A stretch of DNA of 64,000 nucleotides from Octopus sinensis (lineage: Eukaryota). The number at the start of each line of letters is the position of its first letter. Positions within the stretch are counted from its first letter, which is position 1. The notes beneath the pieces were generated by a model. The model had not been told where the DNA came from. It made no database searches and saw only the letters and a program-made list of their open reading frames with translations. The position numbers and the translations under genes are program-made. The stretch lies in NCBI RefSeq assembly GCF_006345805.1, contig NC_043003.1, positions 111,910,001 through 111,974,000 of the forward strand, read 5' to 3'. This document shows positions 54,304-64,000 of the stretch, piece after piece.

Positions 54304-55317
54304 TAAATACATATTCTGTTGTGTCTGGGGAGAGTCATTCTCTTTAGGTGCCATATACAAAATTTAACACACTCACCGCTAAAATTTCCACTTATTTCAT
54401 TTTTAATTATTTTATTTTTCTAAAATTTTCGTTGCGTCTTGCAACCCTTTCAATAGTTTTGACTATGTCCGTTACTTCATTGCGTTCCTTTTTGTTTGTT
54501 TGTGTGCATGTGTGTGCCTATACATGCATTGACGTATGTATGCATGTGTGTGTATGCATGCATGCGTGTGTTCATATGTATATATTTATGTATGTGTGCG
54601 CGTGTTTTGCAACTATGTACCGTGTTTGTATGTATGGATGTGCATCACCAGATGCGTGGACGTATGTCTCCATATGTGTCTTTGTGTGAATTAGTGTGTA
54701 TATATATATGTCTGCTTGTCTGTTCATAAAACCTATGTACCTATCCGTCTGTTGTTGGTCTGTTTACTTTCATATCGATATGCTTACATACATGTGCACA
54801 CACACACACACACACAACACACACAAACACACACAATATATATTATATATATTATATAGATATATATATTATATATATATATATATATAATATATATATA
54901 TACATACATACATACACCCACACACACACATAAATACGTCTATCTACATAAAAAACCACTAACTCTTCTGCTCTAACTGTGTAAACTGCAGGTATGGGGG
55001 TATGATATCTACTATGTATATTTCCTATTGGGGAAGTTTCATTTATACGGATTTACTCCCGTATTTGTCTGAGCGTTGGGTCCTTTGGGTGCTTGGATAA
55101 GATGCGAATGTCATGTAGACCCAGGTAGTCTGCATATTGGTCGTTGCCATATTGGTAGAGTACGGAGGACTGTTCCGCAATGCTCTTAGATTTCTCCCCT
55201 TTCTATGTCATATTCATGTATTTAAAAGCACCTTCTATGCATCTTATGCTGTAAACTACATCTCTAGTTCTAACTTATTTTTCTATCTGTTTATCTCTCT
55301 CAATCTATGTATGTGTA

Positions 55318-55350
<33 letters not shown>

Positions 55351-55351
55351 G

Positions 55352-55416
<65 letters not shown>

Positions 55417-57169
55417 AACCGGCGATATATATATCGGTGTGTAGAGAAATATTTGAAATAAGCGTACATGGATTTTCTATGATCCACGCATTATAAAATT
55501 AGAGGAAATACCTGTAGTTTTCTTGATACTGTATATCTTAAAATTTCGAAATACTATTTTATCATATAAAAAATAACACCACTCACAATTATTCTAGAAT
55601 ATATTTAAAATGAATGGGGCAAAGTTCCTGTTTAATCGTATCTCCTAGTCATGCGGTAATTACATGAAATCCGTTTTATGAAAATAACTTCACCTAAGGC
55701 TCCAAATAAAATTATCCAATCATCCATGTCTTTCAAGTGAAAATAACGTATGTTGCTTTATGATGTTCTTCCCAATGTGATCTACGTGTTACGCGTTGCT
55801 AACCTGTAACTGTTATGCGTATATAATACACAAATATCTGACCTAGCACATACTTTCGTATACCTAAATGTACAGTGCATTTTGAAGTATCGTACTGAGA
55901 AAAGAATGTTTTTTTCGTATTCGAACTTATATACGTGTTTATGTAATGCGTTCGTAAAAATACACTCTTGGCTAGAATTAACCATTAATGTATTAAGAAT
56001 ATGAAGCAGCGTTCAGTGATTGAGACCTTGTGTCATAATTCGGTCTAATATGAATAACAATAAAATATGAAAGTAATCACAATCTACCTTCAAAATATAC
56101 TAGGTTACATACTATACTCTGATCACCGAGAAACTCCGCTTCAATATAAATTACGTGGGCAAACATTAAGAAATACTTTGATTGAGACTAATAAATTAAA
56201 AAACTTTTCATGTTTTATTTTAAATGACTTATCGTGTATGCTTTGCTTTCTCGCGTGCATTTATGAGAATTGTTGTATTACACATGACAGAAAAACCAAA
56301 ACGTCCGAGTAACGCGTAAATAATTCAAAAGCTTGCCTTCCTTAAAGCTGTATACGTATTCTAACTTCCTAACCACTAAACCCAGCGAGGCCTAAATTAC
56401 TACACATATTAACCAGCGCACACATGCATATTGTCAATGGGTGTCTTGCTCAACGTGTTATTCAAGGTAGAATAATATATGTGCGTGCGTGTGTCTGTAT
56501 GTGTGTGTACATATGTACACACACACACACACACGCATATATATATATATACATATATGTGTGTGTGTATATGTAATGTATGTGTAGTTATACATTCATA
56601 ATGCATACGGTTATAGATACATATGGATGTTTATGTATGTGGGTAGGTGGCAACGTATGCATGTCTAATGGAGAAGACGTTACTATGAGTAAGTTTTTAT
56701 GCTCGGTTCACTGAGCGTGTATTTTTCTTTGATAAATATACACTATATTCTAACTACCTATTGATTTTGCCTATGTCTGTATGTTTTGTTATGGAGAGAA
56801 ACACAGAGCATACACCGGAACATGCGCTGTCGTCGTCACAGAAGAAATTCAATATAATTACATAAAATACATACCTTCTAAACAGAAGAAACCATTTCAT
56901 GTTGCAGACATCTAAATATGCTGATCTTCAAAAGCGTATCCTCTCCGCAAATTGTAGAGACAAGAAACAATGTAGCAACGACGGTGCAGGTGGTTACTTT
57001 TGGGGTATAAAATAAATGGATCTCGATTATAATTGTTCAGATGTTCGATCAAAATTCAATCAAAATAAATAATATATTCATTCCATTATCGTATTAGAGG
57101 CATGTGCAGCGTTAATATAATGGATATGTGAAATAAGTATTACGCAGTGTGACAAACTGAATGTTCAGA

Positions 57170-58560
57170 TTAGTGGTTCAATTCATCCCAAGTTATTCCA
57201 TTGAATTGCCGCCAACTCAGTTTCCTTCACAAGCTTGGGATTCTCCCATTGCTATTGTAAATGCCAAAATACTGAATGCCAAGAATCTGATTCACGATCC
57301 TATGAATTCGAAGCGAATTTCCCAAATATTCTTCCATGCAGTTTTGATGTTGACAGTAGTCATAGACTTTAATATTCTTGTATTTTTTCATTCTCCCTGA
57401 GAAGAGGAAAAGAGGCTGCACTACTCTTTGTTGACAGTTTTCCGAGACTACAGATGTTAATTCTCTTATTGTTCTGCCAAAACCGTCGTAGGTGAATTTG
57501 TGCATAAAGTACATGAACAAAACCATTCCACTGAGGCTAGGCTCTCTTCTAAGGAAAAAAGGATTGGGGTCAATTTCTGCGTTGTAGGACAAGCAGATCG
57601 GCATCAATGTGAGGTGAACATGAATAAGTCTTCTCAGGATGCGATCCTGGATGTTTAGTGTCCGTAGTAGCAATAACGTCACAAATAAAGAAATAATGTT
57701 CAATTATGATCCTCCATTATATTTGTGGTGTGTCAACAACTGACAGGATCCGAAACCCTGTTTAGCCTTGAAGAGAAGGACTACACATTGGGATGCACTT
57801 CTAGTTATGATGAGAATATGCTGTCTATCAATGCGATTTCACCAGTAGAGATTACTGGTATTACTGAGACTCAGCTTTTTAGGGCTCTAGCTTAGCGTTA
57901 TTAATGTATAGAGGAAATGTGTGATGGGTGGATGTTCTTTGATAAAGTTGCTCGGGTTGCTTGGGTTGTATATGGATGATGCATGTTTGAAGAGTGTTAC
58001 TGAGGAGTGACATATCTTATCACCTGTGTAAGGTTGGGCATTGTTGGATGTAGCAGCCAATGGGTTATTGATATATAAATGAGAGTAGGGTACAAAACAA
58101 AATCCTAGAAAACCACCCAATTGATTGTGAGTGACAAGAAACAACACACGCCAGCTGATATTGCACTGGTGTGATCTGATACCAAGCTGCCGATCCATGA
58201 GATGAGAGATAGGTAAAGCCTGTGGGTTTCGATATACTGATCGGGGATTTGCATGTCAGATATGGTTGAAGGTTTTGTTGATGTCAAGAGCAGCTACGCT
58301 GCTTTCTGTGAATTTCCGTACAGCGAAAGACGCAAGAGAACGGATGTCCAATGAATCTGATTCCACAGTAGATACAATGGTGGTCGCTGAGAAAGGAGAG
58401 ACGGAGAGAGAGATTAAACTTTTTGAAGAAACTCGTTCTAAGGAATGTCTCCATTACCTTGAAGTTGTTAGAATTGCAAGCAATACGACGACAAATATCT
58501 GGTTAATGTGGTTGAAATCTTTGGAGTGGGTCATATTGAATTGTGCTTAAAATGGGAGGC
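57170..58560 (-). mobile_element. Heavily decayed jockey/CR1/I-group LINE reverse transcriptase region
   Basis: Minus strand gives LSDHH, ESSVAALDINKTFNHI (ALDISKAFDRVW), LISWIGSLVSD and YINNPL..SN..QPYTGD (YINDL..YADD). The clade is not resolved. Confidence 0.7.
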
Positions 58561-60984
58561 ATCTCCTTTTAGATAGTAAGAGAGTAAAGAATCTGGTGTG
58601 TATACGAATGACAGGATTGAAAATTACATATATACGAGCTTACCGTGTGTATGTGGGGACAAGCATTTGCATTTATATGGTATCGTTCTAAATCACGGAA
58701 ATAAGGGTTTCAATATATACAAGCTAGGAAACAACGAGTGCGCTAACCTATGTACTTGGTCCGATGTATTCAACCTCGGTATTTATTTTGAAAGAGATTT
58801 CAATGAATAATTGAGTAATGTCTTCAAATTGGTGATTTATCATCTCAGCGGTGCCTTGTCGGAAAACGGAGAATTAATATTAAAAAATAAACATACATAT
58901 ATTTTGCGCCCAATGTCATAGAAACACATTCAATTTTACTATCAGTGATAGAAACTAAAGTTAGTAAATTGAGCATCACCTTGTTCATAATATTAGTTAA
59001 TAAAATTTCTAGTTTTAACTGGATTCGCTTCATAGCTATTCGACACTAAAATACAAATGCTAGTCTCACTAAAAATACACCATAACCTATTATATTGGCC
59101 CGAATATAATGCTGGTTTTGTTATAATAGTAAATCAACATCTATAAAATCTTGAATAAAACCTGCAACATAAGTGGCTGGGTATTTTCACTGAATCCACA
59201 TTTTTTTACATCATGTACAATATCTCTTTCATAGCAGGCGTTTCAGAATGATACACTTAGTACTTACCGTTCTTTTAATTCATTCCTAAGGGATTTCCAG
59301 ATACATGGGGGACATGTTCTAGTACCTACCCTAAGGTAGTATCAATGCCTTGAATGTCTTTCATCTTTATTACAAAAGGTCTATTCACAGCGTGATTTCA
59401 GTTCTTTAGACTGATCTCCTTCTCTCTAATGCGTATTATTTATCGACCCCTCTAGAAATAAATGCATAACAATTTGCAGAAATGCAAACTTCCCAAAATA
59501 CCTACACTACATGTGATGCTTAATAAGTCAAATTTTATAACACTGAAATTGTTTCCAAAAAATGCTATGAAATTTCATATATACAAATCTTTATCATAAA
59601 TCATAAATTATAAGCGAAATGTAGGTTGTTTCATTATTTAAGACCTGCGTTTCTGTTTAATATTGCAGAGAAGTAGAGAGATTTTATGTATAAACTGTAA
59701 GAGATTCGATAAGATATTGTACTTTTTACAGTAGCAGCGTTAGGGAAATGACCCAGCATAAAGAAAGGAAGGTTGACCTCCTTTAGTTTGTCAGTAGTAT
59801 ATCAAAGTAAATATAGAACATTATAAACAGAAAAAAACTTTCTAACGTAAACTTTAAATCACAATATACAAGCCTTAGGTTTAACCGTTAACCTGAGATC
59901 TGAGTTTTGATATGTTGGAATCATTTCATACTGATAGAGATATACTGGAGCAAGTGATTTCATTTGTTTCATTTCAAAGGCCATTTATCATCACTTATCG
60001 TCAATTTATGATAAATGGCAATGAACGTCAACTGGTTTCATGAACAGTACCTTTCAAGTTTAACAAATGTATTATTTGATACAAAATTCTTGCTCGTATT
60101 CTTGCTTCTAATATTTTAGTATAAATTTGATAATATGTAAATCACTTGCGAAATAACTCGCTGTTGGTAGTGGTGGTGATGTTGGTGGTGGTGCTAGTTT
60201 GTGGTAGTGTTGCTGTTGTTTTTGGTCTTTCAGCAAGTTCTTCCTTTTGTTAAATTATATGCCTTGTGTCTATGCGAATTGATCATCTTCATGCGAATGT
60301 ACCAACAGATTAGTTAGTTGAATTTTTCCCGACTTAAATCTGTACTATATATATTTAATTTTTTTCTTTTGTTTTTTTCCATGATCTTAAAATTTCCCTC
60401 GGAACTTTTAGCGTTATATATATTTTTTTTTTTTGAGAATTGATTCTTGGTAATACTTCCTGGTTAGTACTGGTGTGTTTTTCATACAAAAGTGTATCTG
60501 GTGTGCTTGCATCTTTTCCTGTTTTTCAAGGAATATTAAGACCGAAATCACATCAGAATCGAGCTACTTCATTAAGGCTTCTATTCTATGCACGATAAAA
60601 AATAAGTAAGCATTAAATCGGAGGATTATTCAATGCATTTAGTAGTCTACAAAACTGAACATAAAAAACCGTTAATATATAACGTATAATATATGAAATA
60701 TAACGTATGTGTATATATATGTATGTATGTATATATGTATTATATATAGAAAAATGACAATTGGTGCTTAACACCGCATTGTTGGAAAAAGATTCATTAT
60801 TTGTGGATTAAGTCCATTGTTTTCATGTTAAAGCAACCTTATGAATGATTATGCCTATCACATGGAACATCGGAGTCTATCTTCCTTTTGGATTAAAGTA
60901 TGAAACATACGGTAGGTATGAATATATTCATACTCATTTAAATATATGCGCATACGTGCAGATACGCACGTACAAACTATACAT

Positions 60985-61030
<46 letters not shown>

Positions 61031-61034
61031 TTAT

Positions 61035-61067
61035 ATCCCGCAAGGATGCCAATTGGACATACGTACA

Positions 61068-61099
<32 letters not shown>

Positions 61100-61768
61100 A
61101 CGGACTCGCTCGTCGAGGACGACGAATGAGCGCACAGCTGCACAAATAATTTGCGTATAGTGAGTACACATTCGTGTCTTTCACTCTCTCCATCAAATCG
61201 ACGTTGTCCGAACACATTGCACCGTGTGCCACGCATCAGGTGTCAAAGCGAACACTGAGCAATGTGCGATGAAGTGTTTCTGCTCAGGAAATCTCGCGAT
61301 CGTGAGTCAAGCAACCTGACGGTAGGCCTTGCGCCCTAATTACATGTATATATTTCTGTCACAACCTGGGACCCTGAAGGCTGCTTAAATGCAAGAAAGT
61401 ATACTAGTCTCTTAATATTTGGTATTCAATAGTTCATCTATTCAATAAGACAATCAATACTTCATTTAATTTTACTATATATACTATATATACTATATAT
61501 ACTATATATTCTATATCCTGCATTAATATTATAAGAATATAAATAAAACATAAACACAGATAGAGTTGGAATCCCTTTGATTGTGCGATGTGTTCGGACA
61601 ACGTCGATTTGATGGAGAGAGTGAAAGACACGAATGTGTACTCACTATACGCAAATTATTTGTGCAGCTGTGCGCTCATTCGTCGTCCTCGACGAGCGAG
61701 TCCGTCACACACACACACACACACACACACATGTATGTACGTATGTCCAATTGGTCACACTGCGGGAT
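61035..61768. repeat. Long inverted repeat (~190-bp arms, 360-bp spacer)
   Basis: 61049-61222 matches the reverse complement of 61583-61754 except one substitution and (GT)n length; the arms extend to atcccgca/tgcgggat after a 6-nt mismatch. Confidence 0.95.
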
Positions 61769-63517
61769 GAAAAACAAAATCCGTCAAAGGGCGGAGGAAC
61801 TCTTGAGAGTCACTGGCCATCAAATAAATGTCTTAAGGCTGTATCATGCGCGTGGACATAGAAATAATCGGACTGAATACCCGATCGCGCGGTTAAACCA
61901 TTGGGAGTGAAGGACTCCCAGCCTTTGTTAGGGCATCCTTCTAGGAGAAGGTAACTCAGGTAATTGGGATAACTCCGACATAAATCTGCGGCTCAGTGGT
62001 TACTGATGATGTTGACTTGTTCTTCTTTTCGGATTGTGGCTGTTGTTGCTTAGTGAGTGGGATTGGCTCAGTGCACAGCCTTTCCTCACTTTAAAAAAAA
62101 TCTTCTGGCACAGGCATTGCACGATAACAACATTGCTTAAGCTTCGTGCAATGGCCATACTCGATAACGAGGGGGCAACCACCATGTATGTGTGTATGAA
62201 TGTATATAAATACATTTAAAATATTTACTCACGCACACACGTATAAATAAATGAATACATATACCTACAGCCAAAAAGTTCTGATTTTAACAATTTTGAC
62301 ATAGACCTTCCTTTATCAGGAGGATTTAATTGGTGTGAAATTAGTCTGTATTTACAATTCATTATCTTTCCAGAACAATTGAGTGTTAAACTGTAGATTC
62401 TACTTCAATCAATCGCCTTTGAATAACCCAGTATTTTGTCATAAATGTTTCTCTTACCTGCTAATCTAAATCTTTAATCTACAATTTTCACCTGTCTGCT
62501 GAAACACACTAAAAGTTTCGAGACTTGTACAAAAAGAAAACATTTCCACTGTTTCTCTTATTTACATTTCCGTTTATACATTGACATTTATATTTACACT
62601 TCTATTTGCCATATATGTTTACTGGAAAACGTTTCACTATATTTTCTATTGCAGGAACGTTACGCGACCTCAACTGCTAATCATCTGGTATAGTAAAAAA
62701 ACAAAAACAAAAGAAAAACAGAACAGAGCTATGTTGCATTGGTTATTGATGTCGTCGTGTTTGGTTAAAGCAGAGCAATACTGAGCATCTGAGACTTAGA
62801 ACGGGTGGACCGATTTCAAATTGCTTTTCAAGCGTTTACACTTCATTTTCTTCTGTAATTCGCGTGTGGGAATGTCTTTCTTCCGATATAGAAAAAAACA
62901 ATTAATAATGATGTTTGATGTGTAACGGGTAATATTTACGAGATATTCATGGCCTCGAAGTTGTGAGTTCGGGGTCACTGGCTCGTTGTATTAACAATTA
63001 ATGATGAATGTTATGTGCAGCAATAATGAACTAATACTTAGATCGATGAAGATTTCAGACGCAACATCTATAACTAAGTGTATGTGTGTGTGTCTGTGTG
63101 TGTCTGTGTGCCTGTCTCTGTGTGTGTGTGTGTGTGTGTGTGTCTGAGTCTACGTATGTACCTATGATGTAGTGCTTGTCTCTGCTTATGTGTGAGTACA
63201 CAAAATAGTGATTTTTTATACGTGGGTATCCGAGCGGATAACATGTAAATGTATTTGGAGAAAAGGAAAAGGGGTTTATTCAAAATGCATTGCGCTACTG
63301 AATGTGTCAGATCAAGAATTTCAAACGAAAGAATATAAGCTACACACATCTGATATATGCACAGATGCTCCAAAGAAACTAAACTGCTAATTTATCACAT
63401 TCATCGTTTGATGGTTTTTATATTAACAAATCATATATATAAATGTGCGTGCGTGTCTATGCGTGCGGCGTGTCCGTGAGAGCGTGTGTGATAGTATGTA
63501 TGTGTATATAAATATAT

Positions 63518-63549
<32 letters not shown>

Positions 63550-63572
63550 TATATATATATATATAAATGTAT

Positions 63573-63619
<47 letters not shown>

Positions 63620-63652
63620 TATATATATAAATATATTATATATATATATGTA

Positions 63653-63726
<74 letters not shown>

Positions 63727-64000
63727 AGAGCGTAATCTATATTGGGTCAAACAGTGTAAGTCTGGAAACAGGCTGTACCTACAGCTGCGAATCGGATAAC
63801 GGTCAATGGTTATTGTTTGCGAACCCCTTCGCTTTAAAAATGTACAAAATGCCATTGAACTGCATGATTTATTATATAAATGTTTCACATAGTTACATTT
63901 CCTTTCTCTACTATCCTCTGCCATTTCTATCCTTCTTTGAAGAAAACAGAATTAGGATACAGGAATTAGTTCTTACTGTGCAAACATATTACATATTTCT

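Noticed and set aside
57227-57703. 158-aa ORF as a possible host gene
   Set aside because: It is continuous with the decayed LINE RT at 57900-58560 and is better explained as its 3' remnant.
59270-59451. Possible minus-strand exon with good acceptor and gtaagta donor
   Set aside because: It has stops in all three frames; at most a non-coding exon, and unsupported without RNA data.

Overview
AT-rich, microsatellite-saturated eukaryotic DNA. The SINE families and repeat landscape suggest an octopus or other coleoid cephalopod genome (inference from recalled families, no search run). I recognise no intact host protein-coding gene; most ORF-track entries are translated microsatellites. Recognisable content is decayed transposons: Tc1/mariner, Tx1-like, RTE, R4/Dong-like and jockey/CR1-group LINEs, tRNA-derived SINEs, a non-autonomous Helitron and Penelope-like GIY-YIG fragments. 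The main signal is a set of non-coding, (TA)n-embedded repeats whose monomers each carry a type I hammerhead ribozyme (HHR) with a palindromic or near-palindromic stem III. Family A is a ~480-bp array (32590-35888, 7 identical HHRs). Family B has ~554-563-bp monomers (18603-19632, 29809-30401, 35953-39440), and its diverged copy shows compensatory stem changes. Both families end, in ribozyme-sense orientation, at a similar 19-nt motif fused to (TA)n, and both contain fold-back inversions. Further solitary, variant or decayed HHRs are scattered through the window. The pattern fits non-LTR retrozyme-like or Penelope-dependent self-cleaving RNA elements. All structures were folded by eye and none is tested.
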